NCBI GenBank assembly: GCA_039028615.1
Contig: JBCCHT010000001.1
Span: forward strand, 288,001 to 352,000
From: Myxococcota bacterium
GTDB taxonomy: Bacteria; Myxococcota_A; Polyangia; Nannocystales; Nannocystaceae
DNA length: 64,000 nucleotides
Reading direction: 5' to 3'
The notes under the pieces were generated by a model. The model did not search any database and had not been told where the DNA came from. It saw only the letters and a list, made by a program, of their open reading frames with translations. Position numbers and translations under genes: made by a program. Positions 19,952 to 29,823 of the stretch are shown here, piece after piece (the stretch's first letter is position 1; the number at the start of each line of letters is the position of its first letter).

Positions 19952-21628
19952 TCAGCGCGCTACGGCCCTCGCGGCCTCGGCACGAACCGACGCAGGCTCT
20001 TGCTCGGAAGCAGCAATGACCTCCAGGTGCTCCAGGGCTACCGCGTTCCCCGTATTGGCGAGCGCGCGAACCATGACCGTACGACGCACGGCGTCGTCCT
20101 CGGCGGACATGCGACCGAGGAGTGCTCGAGTGAGCAGCTCGGACTGCAGCGGAGCACGCTCTTCGAGGTTGTTGGCGAGGTTGCCCACCGCGTACGCTGC
20201 GGTCTCCTCGACGGCCCCCTGCGAGTCGTCCAGCACGTGAAGGACGGCCTCTACCAACCGCGTCGACGGTCGAAGGGCCAGGCCGGCCGCCGCGAGGGCA
20301 CCGATCCGCGACTCGTCGTCCAGGCGTGAATCCTCGGCCAATGCAGCGAGCACATCGAGGCTCTGCTCCGTGCTCACCGCTCCGAGCACACTGGTGAGGG
20401 GCGGCAGGCAGCTCGGCCCTCGCCCATTGCGACATGCCTCGGCCAACTCGGGCCCCAGCGAAGGCTCCTCGAGCAGTCGTGACTGCAGCTCCACGAGCCA
20501 TTGCACCCGCGGATGCGCGTTGGAGCGCCCCGGCGGCAGCAAGGCCAGCGATTCCGCGATTTCCAGCGCCGACGCGCTCGTGGGATCGCCCAGGTCGACG
20601 GTCGACATCGGTCGCGGAGGCCAGTCGCTCCGCTCGGCCGCGCCACACTCACTGGTGCCCGCAGAGACTTGGACCGCGCCGCTACCTTCGGCGATCACGG
20701 TGGAGCTCGAGTAGCCCTCCCAGTCCGCCAAGGTCTCGCTCAGTCGTCGATCGGTGATGCGTTCATCGACTTCGATCGAGACGTCGATCATCCCCTCGAG
20801 CCAGTGCGCGTCGAGGTCGGCCGTCGCCGCCCACCCGAACACGATGCCTTCCTCGGCTCCCGGCGACACGGTGAACGCGACGTTGATGGGCACGCCGATC
20901 TGCAGCAGCTCGACGGTGCCGGTCGCCGCCGCACGTAGAATCTTGGGGCCGATGCTGGCCCGCACCGTCCCCACCGTGGCCAAGTAGGGCTCGAGCCGCG
21001 CTCCGATGCCGTTGGTGAGCAGCTGACCGGACACCGTGTACCCCAGCACCGCCCAAATCTCGATATCGAGATTCACGGGGATTCCCCCCATCACGTAGCG
21101 CACGGGGACCTGCAGCACCAGGTGCGTGTACTCCCGCATGTCGGAGAACGAGCCCTCGTAGGAAAACAAGGGATAGGTGAAGCGACCGAGAAAGACCAAG
21201 TCGGCGCCGAGCCGCGCGTCGCCGTTCTGCCGCGAGTAGCCCTCGAGCACCGCGGAGACGACATCGCGTTGCACCTCGAACGCGGTTGCGCTGCCCGTGA
21301 CTTCGCCGTGGATCCTCGTCTCGTTGCCGTAGGGTCCGCCGTCGACGGCCTCCAGGGTGAGACCGATGGAGTATCCGCCGCCCCACCGCTCGTTGCCGAA
21401 GCTGTCCTCGCGGCGCACGACCTCGTTGTAGGGCTGCCCCCACGGCTCTCCCCCATCGGGTGGCAACGCGGGGCCTTCGACTCGCTCGATGCACAGCCCC
21501 ACCTGGTCCCAGGCCGACTCGGCGTCCTTGCCTTCTGACGCCAAGGGATCGGCCGGTATGCGTGACACCTCGACCCCACCGCAACCCGCGAGGCAGACAC
21601 ACGCCACCAATAAACTCGAAGCTCGCAT
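19952..21628 (-). CDS. Lipoprotein with a beta-rich N-domain and C-terminal HEAT repeats
   Basis: LAGC lipobox; helical repeats (RALANTG, VRAEAARA). Confidence 0.65.
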   Translation of the reverse strand: MRASSLLVACVCLAGCGGVEVSRIPADPLASEGKDAESAWDQVGLCIERVEGPALPPDGGEPWGQPYNEVVRREDSFGNERWGGGYSIGLTLEAVDGGPYGNETRIHGEVTGSATAFEVQRDVVSAVLEGYSRQNGDARLGADLVFLGRFTYPLFSYEGSFSDMREYTHLVLQVPVRYVMGGIPVNLDIEIWAVLGYTVSGQLLTNGIGARLEPYLATVGTVRASIGPKILRAAATGTVELLQIGVPINVAFTVSPGAEEGIVFGWAATADLDAHWLEGMIDVSIEVDERITDRRLSETLADWEGYSSSTVIAEGSGAVQVSAGTSECGAAERSDWPPRPMSTVDLGDPTSASALEIAESLALLPPGRSNAHPRVQWLVELQSRLLEEPSLGPELAEACRNGRGPSCLPPLTSVLGAVSTEQSLDVLAALAEDSRLDDESRIGALAAAGLALRPSTRLVEAVLHVLDDSQGAVEETAAYAVGNLANNLEERAPLQSELLTRALLGRMSAEDDAVRRTVMVRALANTGNAVALEHLEVIAASEQEPASVRAEAARAVAR

Positions 21629-21753
21629 CGGTCGCGACCTGTCGACGATAGCACGCTGATGCCGTCCCGATGATGGCCGTCCCGTGGGCCTGTTCACCGA
21701 TGGCGTGCTCAGTTGGTTGTGGGGACCGCAATGCTCCGGTAGCGTTTTGAGCG

Positions 21754-22575
21754 GTGGGTCGCAACACGTTCATGGGTTCGCTCTTCGTGCTGTCGCTCGT
21801 ACCGTTGTCGTGGGCCTGCGAGGGCGCAGGGCCGGGACTCGAGGCCGAGCCCACGTTCGCATGCACCTACGAGGTTCGTTTCTCCAGCTGCTTCGATCCA
21901 CAGGGCAGCCCGTGGCGTTCCGAGTGTGTCACTGTCCGGGACGAAGCCGCGTGCCAGACCCTCACCCAAAACCACGTGGAGAACACTGGCGACTGCGAGT
22001 TCTCCACCACCCATCGCTCCGTTCAGGTGCGTGAGGGCGAGTGTGGCGAGGTCGAAGAACCCGACGAAGGCGGCTTCGCCAACGGTGAGAGTTGCGACGC
22101 CCTCGCGCAGTGTGCATCCGGCCTGTGCGTGCCTCAGTACTACTGCACCAGCGCCTGTGGCAGCGACGCGGAGTGTGAGGGCGACTTCGGCGGAGGGTGC
22201 TGTGTCGGCGAAGGGAGCTTGGGCTACTGCCTCGCCGCGGCCGACTGCGACGCCCTGTGCCCCGACAACGCCTACGCCGCGGGGCTCCCGACCCTGTGCT
22301 ACTGCAACGAGGGCTTCCACTGGAACCAGGCCGGAGACGCTTGTGTACCGCCCGCAGACCTCGGCGAGTGGTGCTACTTCCCCGCCGACTGTGCCAGCGG
22401 GTATTGCCTCTCCGGCTTCGACGACGATGGCGAAGGTCGCCGCTGGTGCTCGACGCAGTGCGACGACGATACCGAGTGCGCCGCGCTGGTCGGCGTCGAG
22501 CAGGTCGACGCCGCGTGCTGTGGACCGACCACCGACGGTGCCCCCGCGTGCGTGATCGACACTTGGTGCAGCTAG
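21754..22575 (+). CDS. Cys-rich secreted/lipoprotein
   Basis: Signal peptide plus repeated C.SG.C motifs. Confidence 0.7.
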   Translation: MGRNTFMGSLFVLSLVPLSWACEGAGPGLEAEPTFACTYEVRFSSCFDPQGSPWRSECVTVRDEAACQTLTQNHVENTGDCEFSTTHRSVQVREGECGEVEEPDEGGFANGESCDALAQCASGLCVPQYYCTSACGSDAECEGDFGGGCCVGEGSLGYCLAAADCDALCPDNAYAAGLPTLCYCNEGFHWNQAGDACVPPADLGEWCYFPADCASGYCLSGFDDDGEGRRWCSTQCDDDTECAALVGVEQVDAACCGPTTDGAPACVIDTWCS

Positions 22576-22617
22576 GGCCCGTGCCTCGATGCGGTGCCGG
22601 GCGTACTCTGTGCGGGC

Positions 22618-23391
22618 ATGACCTCCGACTGGGACCCCGACCGCTACCTTCGCTTTCGCGCGCAGCGGCGCCAGCCCTACGAGGAACTCGTCGCGCTGGT
22701 CGAGGCGCGACCGGGCATGCACATCGTCGATCTCGGCTGCGGGCCCGGGGAGCTCACGGTGGACCTCGCCGAGCGACTCGCGGCTCGGTCCGTGCTCGGA
22801 CTCGACGTCAGCGACGCCATGCTCGCGAAAGCCAAGCCGCGGTCGAACGAGCGCGTGCGCTTCGAGAAGGCCGACATCGCGACGCATCCGCTCGGCGAAG
22901 GACTCGACTTGGTGTTCTCGAACGCAGCGTTGCACTGGCTGCCGGACCACGCATCGCTCTTCGCCCGGCTTCACGCCGCGTTGGGCCCGGCCGGGCAGCT
23001 CGCGGTGCAGATGCCCGCGAACTTCGGGCAGGCCACGCACACCACCGCCTCCGAGCTCGCGGGCGAGGAGCCCTACGCCACCGCGCTCGAGGGCCGTCGT
23101 GCTGGGGCGGCGGTGGACGAGCCCGAGGCGTACGCCACCCTGCTGCACGACCTCGGGTTCACCCGCCAAATCGTGCGTCAGGTCGTCTACGTGCACGAGC
23201 TTCCCGGCCCCGAGGCGGTGATCGAATGGGTGAAGGGCTCGATGCTGCGGTGGTACGCCAAACAGCTCGGCCCAGAGCTCTACGCGCGCTTCGCCGACGC
23301 CTACGAGCAGCGCCTGCTCGCCCGCCTCCCCGGCCGTCGCCCGTTTCCCTTCACGTACCGCCGCATCCTGCTGTGGGGCGCCCTCGACTGA
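22618..23391 (+). CDS. tam: Trans-aconitate 2-methyltransferase
   Basis: WDP..YL.F, DLGCGPG, FSNAALHWLPDH, AVQMP.N. Confidence 0.85.
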   Translation: MTSDWDPDRYLRFRAQRRQPYEELVALVEARPGMHIVDLGCGPGELTVDLAERLAARSVLGLDVSDAMLAKAKPRSNERVRFEKADIATHPLGEGLDLVFSNAALHWLPDHASLFARLHAALGPAGQLAVQMPANFGQATHTTASELAGEEPYATALEGRRAGAAVDEPEAYATLLHDLGFTRQIVRQVVYVHELPGPEAVIEWVKGSMLRWYAKQLGPELYARFADAYEQRLLARLPGRRPFPFTYRRILLWGALD

Positions 23392-23401
23392 CGGGCGGCA
23401 C

Positions 23402-23680
23402 TCACGTGGGGTCTCGTGGTTGGCGCAGGGCCGCCGCCCACAGCTCGAGGAACCGCTCCCGGGTGATCTCTGCGTCGTACTCGGACCGGTCGAACTCGGG
23501 CTGGTCGGTGAAGCCGTAGACCTCGTCGAACTCGGCATCCGGGGTTGCCCAGTACATCGTGCCGCCAAAGACGCTGATGTGCCGAAGGATCTGGCCGTCA
23601 CCGACCTCGCAGTAGAAGGTCCCCTCGTCCTCGTCCCCGTCCATCGAATCGACCTGGGCACTGAAGTATCGTGTGGACAT
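23402..23680 (-). CDS. Small acidic hypothetical protein
   Basis: Coherent ORF with GC-biased codons; ends EITRERFLELW. Confidence 0.6.
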   Translation of the reverse strand: MSTRYFSAQVDSMDGDEDEGTFYCEVGDGQILRHISVFGGTMYWATPDAEFDEVYGFTDQPEFDRSEYDAEITRERFLELWAAALRQPRDPT

Positions 23681-23796
23681 CCGAGGCTCCTGTGCTCGAC
23701 GATACATGAACCTCCCCAGTGAACTATCCTCAGCGACACCGTTCGACGGGCTGACACGCTTGCTCGGTGACCTGGGTTCGCGAACGACGGCACATC

Positions 23797-24180
23797 ATGG
23801 CTCAGGCTGAGTGGATCTTGCTCGCGCGACAACTCGCCGAACTCCCGGAAGACCAGCGGCTGGCGAGAATCAAGCGCTACGCCGAGGAGGACAGCTACGC
23901 CGCAGCGAAGGTCGTCGTGCGGTGCTCGCTGAGCCGCAAAGACCTTCAGGAGCTGACGTCGTTTGCCCTTCGTCAAGACGACCTCCAACGCCTTGGGTAC
24001 TGGCTCGAGAGCATCGCGCACAGAGCGGGCTTCAGGCGGCTGCTCCGTTGGATTGACCAAGACTCTGCGCTCCCGGCCGATGTCGTCGACTTTGCTGCAT
24101 ACCACCTGCGTCGACTCGTCCCCGACACGGATGCCGATCGTCTTGCATTGGCTCAGTTCTGCCGCACTCGCGGGCTTTGA
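23797..24180 (+). CDS. Hypothetical protein
   Basis: Helical ORF adjacent to the next gene. Confidence 0.5.
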   Translation: MAQAEWILLARQLAELPEDQRLARIKRYAEEDSYAAAKVVVRCSLSRKDLQELTSFALRQDDLQRLGYWLESIAHRAGFRRLLRWIDQDSALPADVVDFAAYHLRRLVPDTDADRLALAQFCRTRGL

Positions 24181-24182
24181 CA

Positions 24183-25001
24183 ATGAATCACCCGGCACGG
24201 CGCAGGGCTGAAGCGAGCGGCGTGCTCACGCTCCTGCTCTCGCTCGTGGTCGGTTCCGCATGCCAACGACCACCCACTGTGCCGGCATTGGTGGATGACG
24301 AGCACCAGGACGTGGTCATCGCGGAGGGGCTGATCGCCCAGCGCTCCTTTCGAGCCGTGGATCCACGCGTCCCCGATCGAGATCCGCTGCACACCGTGAC
24401 GTTGACCATCCAGGTCGAACGCGTGGAGCCCTTGGAGGCCGCCCCATGGCTCGGCGAATCGGTGGTGTTCGAGCGGCGCACCACCAGGCAGGATGCGGAC
24501 CTGTTCGCCGGGACTCGCGTCCGCGTCTCGCTCGATCCCCGGCGGCGTCGCGACGGGCCTTGGCGGGGCCTGCACGTCGAGATGGTCGAGCCCTCGGCTC
24601 GCCCTCCGTGCCCCGACGGGGCGCCAAGCGGCACGATTCCCGTCACCGCCCCTCTGGACAACTCACCGCCGCCGAAGCTGCACATGCTCGAAGGGCGGGT
24701 CGTCGCTCGCCACTTCGAGAGCGTCCAGAAGGTGAACTCCGCTCACCCCGGCTATGAACCACTGCAGCGCGTCATCTTCGAGCTCGACGTGCGGAGCTCC
24801 GCTCCCCCGGGACTCGAGCAAACGATCGCTCCGCCGCTCCGGGTCACGCGGACCAGCCGCGCGAGCGAACTCGAGATCCGAGCGGGCGACATCATCCGGG
24901 TCGCCTTCGAACCGCGGCCTGGGGTGCTCGACAATCCCGCCAAGCTCCTGTGGGGTCAGGAGATCACGCTGCTCGAGCGAGCGTGTGGCACCGCCGAGTG
25001 A
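24183..25001 (+). CDS. Hypothetical lipoprotein with two similar beta domains
   Basis: GSAC lipobox; duplicated EG.V.AR.F...RV...P.. pattern. Confidence 0.6.
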   Translation: MNHPARRRAEASGVLTLLLSLVVGSACQRPPTVPALVDDEHQDVVIAEGLIAQRSFRAVDPRVPDRDPLHTVTLTIQVERVEPLEAAPWLGESVVFERRTTRQDADLFAGTRVRVSLDPRRRRDGPWRGLHVEMVEPSARPPCPDGAPSGTIPVTAPLDNSPPPKLHMLEGRVVARHFESVQKVNSAHPGYEPLQRVIFELDVRSSAPPGLEQTIAPPLRVTRTSRASELEIRAGDIIRVAFEPRPGVLDNPAKLLWGQEITLLERACGTAE

Positions 25002-25319
25002 TGGCGAGTGCCAACGACGCCGGGCCAGCATCGGGATAGACCGAGGTCGAGCTCATGGCGAGTCCGCGACCGAATGCCGCCGGTCATTCCGACCGATGCA
25101 CGGGCCGAAAAGCCGCCCTATGGCCGACTGGTCGTCGACTCGCGCCCGTGAAGGCTGACCATGCAGGGTGGCGAGCAGCGGCCCCGCCGTACGGCCAAGA
25201 CCAGCGGACACCGCTCCGCCGCGCGCGTGACCCGGTCGAGGCCCCGAACTGGGCCGCGCTCGAGGGCGATGTACGCCCTGCACCTTGTGCGGTTGACCGC
25301 GCGCGGTCGACAATGAGGA

Positions 25320-25601
25320 GTGTCGGCCGAGGATGCCCCCTACAGCTTCGTCCGTGGCGTGCTCTGGGCGTTGGCGGCAGGGGCCGCAGCGGTCTACATG
25401 TCGTCGTTGCCTGCACTGCTGATCGCGTACGCGCCTGCGTTGGCCATCGGGCTGCTGGGTGTCGCCGCAGTGACTGGTGCCGTGCTCGGATCCAAGCTCG
25501 GCCGACGAGGGGACGCTCCATGTTGGGCGCAACGTCTCGCCGCGTCCGCGATCGCACTGACGCTCGTCGTCGTGGCGGCGATCTGGCTCACGCACGCGTA
25601 G
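25320..25601 (+). CDS. Small membrane protein
   Basis: GAGGAG RBS; three hydrophobic segments. Confidence 0.55.
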   Translation: MSAEDAPYSFVRGVLWALAAGAAAVYMSSLPALLIAYAPALAIGLLGVAAVTGAVLGSKLGRRGDAPCWAQRLAASAIALTLVVVAAIWLTHA

Positions 25602-25639
25602 CACCACTGCCGGCGCTGATGAGCGGGCGACCGAGTGGC

Positions 25640-25690
25640 CCCCTGACTCGCACGCCGTTCCTCCGTGGCCTCCATCATTCGTACGGCCAT
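25640..25690 (+). mobile_element. Short remnant of an integrase-core transposase 3' end
   Basis: Encodes TRTPFLRGLHHSY; homologous to 27638-27680. Confidence 0.45.
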
Positions 25691-25845
25691 CGTGCGCCCG
25701 CTCGAAGCCGTCGCCACGGGGCTGGCCGCCGTTGGGCACCGTCGGTGACATCGTCCCCCCGAATCGGTCGCCAAACAGACCTCTCCGCTCGAGGGGGCCG
25801 CGGCTGCGCACTACGAGGTTCCACAGGTCGTGACGCCGAGCAGCG

Positions 25846-26307
25846 CTAAAGTCCTTCGGCGGCCGCCTCGAGGCGCTGCAGCAGTGCGACGAGCTGGTCG
25901 AAGTCTTCGGCACCGAGCTGCTCCCGCAGATCCGCTTCGACCCCCTCGAAGACTCGAAAGCCGTCGAGGATGTCCTTTCTCCCTCGGCGAGTGAAGCGGA
26001 CCAAACGCGCGCGGCCGTCATCGGGGTCGGGAACGCGTTCCACCAGGCCCATCTCGGCGAGCTCCCGCACCAGTTGGGCAACCGCTTGGGGCGTGATCCC
26101 GAGTTTTTCGGCCAGCACCGTGGGCCGCGTTCCCTTCAGGGAGATGTGGGCATAGAGCGCTGCATGGGCGGCCCGGGGTTGGGGACCGCTATGGGTACGA
26201 GATTTTCGATCGACCGCGATGTCTCGCAGGAGCCGAGACGAACGAAACAGCGCCTGGAGCAGGCTGTTCGCCTTCGCTTGGGCGAGACGCTCCTCGAAGT
26301 CGCTCAC
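25846..26307 (-). CDS. MarR-family transcriptional regulator
   Basis: wHTH, L..MGLVERVPDPDDGRAR. Confidence 0.9.
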   Translation of the reverse strand: MSDFEERLAQAKANSLLQALFRSSRLLRDIAVDRKSRTHSGPQPRAAHAALYAHISLKGTRPTVLAEKLGITPQAVAQLVRELAEMGLVERVPDPDDGRARLVRFTRRGRKDILDGFRVFEGVEADLREQLGAEDFDQLVALLQRLEAAAEGL

Positions 26308-26339
26308 GGGACCAGCATAGGCGAGGGAAGGAAAATACT

Positions 26340-26373
26340 AAAGCATGCTTGAATAAAATATAAAGCATGCTTT
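26340..26373. promoter_or_regulatory. Tandem palindromic operator, likely bound by the adjacent MarR
   Basis: Two AAGCATGCTT palindromes in an AT-rich divergent intergenic region. Confidence 0.7.
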
Positions 26374-26382
26374 GGTAAATCT

Positions 26383-26868
26383 GTGGATGCCCAGCAACGC
26401 CAATCCAAGCGCAACCTTGCCCATCGCCTCGCAGTACTCGGTCTGGGGCTCTACTCCGGGGTGATGCTCACGATTGGACTGGGCCTTGGCCGCTACTGGC
26501 TGAGCCTGCCCCCGGCCGAGTTCGTTGCGTGGTTCACGCCGAACTTCTGGTTCCTGCTTCCGACGATCGCGGCCACGTTGCCGGTCGCTTTGGTTGGAAC
26601 GGTTTGGTCGATCCGGCTGGCCGATCCCGGTGATGGTACGTGGCGGAAGGTACTGCTCTTGCTCGTCGTCACACTCGTGGTGACCGCCGCCTATCACCTG
26701 CCGGCGAACATACGGATCTGGTCGGGCGAGCTCTCCGACGGTCGCGTCGCGAACGAGCTGACGTGGTGGCTCTGCGCTCACGTCGTTCGCGTCGTCGCTG
26801 CCATCGCGGCCGCCTGGATCGGGCTAGGAGCCATGGGCGCCCAAGCTCCGGCAAGACCCGCTTCGTAG
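26383..26868 (+). CDS. DUF1772/anthrone oxygenase-like membrane protein
   Basis: Four TM segments; HLPAN, W...H.VR motifs. Confidence 0.7.
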   Translation: MDAQQRQSKRNLAHRLAVLGLGLYSGVMLTIGLGLGRYWLSLPPAEFVAWFTPNFWFLLPTIAATLPVALVGTVWSIRLADPGDGTWRKVLLLLVVTLVVTAAYHLPANIRIWSGELSDGRVANELTWWLCAHVVRVVAAIAAAWIGLGAMGAQAPARPAS

Positions 26869-27054
26869 GCCGAGCAAAGCCCACCCCCCCCGACACGAAC
26901 CGGAAACACGCGCGTCGATCGAGCATACCTGACGCCAGCCATCGATTTCCGCGGCCAGGCCGAACGTCGCGCCAGATGAACGAGGAGCCAGCACGGCATG
27001 AAGCTGCGAGCCCGGCGGTCGACGTAGTTCGTGATCGCGCGATAGCTTCGGACC

Positions 27055-27444
27055 GTGAGCGACGCCCCGTATCGATACTGCGTGAGCCTCGGACCGGAAC
27101 GGCCGACTCTCGAAGAACTACGAGACCTCGTCGCCGCCGCGGTGGACGACTCGAGTGCCTACTGGCCGTGGACCGTGAGCCTCGACGACGACCTCATCGA
27201 GATCCTGGAGGACGATCCCTTCTCCTTTCTCTTGCAGGAGATGAGAGGCGACATGGCCGAGCAGTTCTCCGAGGAGAGCGAGGGGGCCGCGCGAGTTCTC
27301 TACACATGGGGAAATACCGACACGGGAAACGCGGATGAGCACGAGGCGTTGGTGCGACTCGTGCTCGCGGCCATTTCGACCGCCTTGCCTGCCTCCCGGA
27401 TTTTCGATCTCAACGGTCAGAGTGTCTTTGTCGCGGGCGAATGA
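27055..27444 (+). CDS. Hypothetical acidic protein
   Basis: Coherent ORF. Confidence 0.55.
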   Translation: MSDAPYRYCVSLGPERPTLEELRDLVAAAVDDSSAYWPWTVSLDDDLIEILEDDPFSFLLQEMRGDMAEQFSEESEGAARVLYTWGNTDTGNADEHEALVRLVLAAISTALPASRIFDLNGQSVFVAGE

Positions 27445-27469
27445 ACGCGGACCGTTCAGAAGTGCATGC

Positions 27470-27725
27470 AGATGGCGGGCTCCGCCCGATGTGCGCGCTC
27501 TTCATGGTCGAGGAGGTCGCCAACGGCTGCGGGTGCTCCGCGAGTTGGTCGCGACCTTCAACGAACTGCGCCCGCACCACGGGCCCGGCCAGGGCGTGCC
27601 TGCATCTGGCGCGACTGGCCCACCCCGGGAGGCGCAGTGACACGTACCCCAGTCCTCGGAGGCCTCCATCATTCGTACCGGGGGCTGCCTGACGGCATGG
27701 ATGAGCCGAGTCGCCAGCACGGTAC
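27470..27725 (+). pseudogene. Frameshifted C-terminal remnant of an integrase-core (rve) transposase
   Basis: Across frames: LRVLRELVATFNELRPHHGPGQ ... RTPVLGGLHHSYR. Confidence 0.6.
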
Positions 27726-27765
27726 GGAACGCTCTAAAGCTCCCTCCGACCCGATCGCCAAAACG

Positions 27766-27795
27766 AAAAAAGGCCCCGCAGGAACCTGCGAGGCC
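27766..27795 (-). terminator. Rho-independent terminator of tRNA-Ile
   Basis: GGCCTCGCAGG-TT-CCTGCGGGGCC followed by TTTTTT on the minus strand. Confidence 0.85.
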
Positions 27796-27803
27796 GTTTC
27801 GGG

Positions 27804-27877
27804 TGGGCGTGGGAGGACTTGAACCTCCGACCTCTGCCTTATCAGGGCAGCGCTCTAACCAGCTGAGCTACACGCCC
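27804..27877 (-). tRNA. tRNA-Ile(GAT), CCA not encoded
   Basis: GGGCGTGTAGCTCAGCTGGTTAGAGCG, CTGCC-CTGATAA-GGCAG anticodon arm, GGTTCAAGTCC T-arm. Confidence 0.96.
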
Positions 27878-27889
27878 GAACGGACGCGC

Positions 27890-27918
27890 TTTCTATCCAC
27901 CCCGAGCCCCGTCGTCAA
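27890..27918 (-). promoter_or_regulatory. Sigma70-type promoter of tRNA-Ile
   Basis: TTGACG-N17-TAGAAA. Confidence 0.7.
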
Positions 27919-28296
27919 GCCGATTTCCTCCCGACGGAGCACGGCCCCGCTCGGCCGGCACGGACGGCCAAAACTCCCCCAAACGGCCGTGAGCCCCGGC
28001 TCCCAAGTCACCTCCAAAACCCGTGAGCATTCCTACACATCTGCACCCGCAACCTGCCGACGACCGAACGACCTAGTCCCCAGCCGCCTCCCCTCATCCG
28101 CGATCTCTCGGGCCCCAGCGCACTGCCCCAACGACCACCACCGGGCGCAGCACCACCAAACCCCAGCCACGCGCCGGCCAATCACGACCCCCGCAGGCCC
28201 GACCGGAACCGAATCCCAGGCCACGGCCGCGCACCGCTCCGAGCGTCCACCCACGGACACCAAGCCGGCTCCAACTCCGGCCCTGGCCGTTTCGCC

Positions 28297-28968
28297 CTAC
28301 TGGTCGACCCGAGCCTGCGCCTCGCCGCCCTTGTCCTTCTTCCGCTTCTTCTTCCTCTTCTTCCGCTTCTGCGTCTCCGTCGGCACCCCTTCCCCATCCA
28401 GCACCCCGGCCTCCTTCGCGTGCTCGATGCGAGCGGCCATGAACCCAATGGACTCCGAGTCCATCGGCATGAGGTGGTGGTGGTAGGGCGGCTGATCGCC
28501 GGGTGCCCAGCGCAGGAAGAACACCAAGGACTGCCCTTGCAACGAACCGGGCAACTCGTCCTCGGATGCAACGTGAATGAGCTGGCGCTCGGAGGTCCCC
28601 TTGAGGGGCTGACCGATCAAGTACTGGACGACCTCGACCTCGAGGTATTGCTCCTGGCTGCCCTGGTAGCGCCCACGCCCCCAGACCTGCAGCACCCGAA
28701 CCTCGGCGACGAGGTCGGAGTAGCCCATGCGCTGGGCGAGCAAGCGTTGGTCACGGACGTCGTGCGGGGCACGGCCCTGGAGGTTGACGGGCTCGGCGGT
28801 GTAGTCGTCGTCGAAGGCGGGACGCCACTTGCTGGACCAGGCGGTGGCCTTGGCGGGCGGGGTGAGCTCGCCTTGGGACTTCTTGCTGGCGCATGCACCT
28901 GGGCCCAAGCACAGGCCGAGGGCGAAGACGGTGGCGATACCCCACGGAAGATGCCGAACCTGGGCCAT
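28297..28968 (-). CDS. Hypothetical lipoprotein
   Basis: Signal peptide ending PGAC; Lys/Arg-rich tail. Confidence 0.7.
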   Translation of the reverse strand: MAQVRHLPWGIATVFALGLCLGPGACASKKSQGELTPPAKATAWSSKWRPAFDDDYTAEPVNLQGRAPHDVRDQRLLAQRMGYSDLVAEVRVLQVWGRGRYQGSQEQYLEVEVVQYLIGQPLKGTSERQLIHVASEDELPGSLQGQSLVFFLRWAPGDQPPYHHHLMPMDSESIGFMAARIEHAKEAGVLDGEGVPTETQKRKKRKKKRKKDKGGEAQARVDQ

Positions 28969-29017
28969 TGGCGCGCAGACTAGCACGGGGATCGCGACGG
29001 GCCCGTCGTGGATCGCT

Positions 29018-29710
29018 ATGCTCCACGAGGTGTCGATCCCTTCGTGGCAAGCGTCGCTGGTGATGAGCTCGTGCCTGGTGGGATGTGCAGCCGCGGGGGC
29101 TCCGCCGAGCTTGCCTCCGCAGGTGCCGGACCTGGTCGCAGCGAACGAAGCGTTGGGTGATCCGTACGGGGGACGGTTTCCGATCGAGGAGGCACTGGCC
29201 GGGTTGCCCACCGAGGGTCAGCTCCGCGCGCAGCTGGTGACGGACGAGGGACCCATCGACTGCACGCTGGACCTGAAGCACGCCCCGCTGACGGTGGCGA
29301 ACTTCGTGGGGCTGGCCCGAGGACTGCGGCCGTTCCTGTCGGACGACGGGAGCTGGAAGACGGAGCCCTACTTCGTGGACCTGGTGTGGCACCGAGCGGA
29401 AGAGGGACAGTTCGTGCAGACGGGCCGCCGCGGGCTCCAGGCGACGGGCGGCTTCCTGCTCCAGGACGAGGTGGGGTACGGCGACTCGTTCGATCGGGCG
29501 GGCGTGTTGGCGATGGCGAACACGGGCATCGAGCACAGCGGGTCGACGCAGTTTTTCGTGACGACGGGACCGACGTCACACCTGGAGGGCGGCCACACGA
29601 TCTTCGGACAGTGTGATGGCGAGGCGGTGGTGCGCAGCCTGGAGCGTCGGGTGGCGCGCGGCGACGGGCCCAAGCCTCGGCTGCTCGAGGTGGTCATCTC
29701 GCGGGGGTGA
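29018..29710 (+). CDS. Cyclophilin-type peptidyl-prolyl isomerase (lipoprotein; start uncertain)
   Basis: APLTVANFVGLA, LAMAN, STQFFVT, HTIFG. Confidence 0.85.
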   Translation: MLHEVSIPSWQASLVMSSCLVGCAAAGAPPSLPPQVPDLVAANEALGDPYGGRFPIEEALAGLPTEGQLRAQLVTDEGPIDCTLDLKHAPLTVANFVGLARGLRPFLSDDGSWKTEPYFVDLVWHRAEEGQFVQTGRRGLQATGGFLLQDEVGYGDSFDRAGVLAMANTGIEHSGSTQFFVTTGPTSHLEGGHTIFGQCDGEAVVRSLERRVARGDGPKPRLLEVVISRG

Positions 29711-29823
29711 GCGACGGAGGACGGAATTGGGCCCTACGGGGCCACGGGTGGCCAAATGTGCCCATTTCGGGTAAACCGGCGCCACGCTTTTCGGGCCCCG
29801 CGGGGCCGCGTCAGGAGGCCGAA

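Noticed and set aside
23400..27450. Integron cassette array
   Set aside because: Mixed gene orientations, no attC-like sites and no integrase
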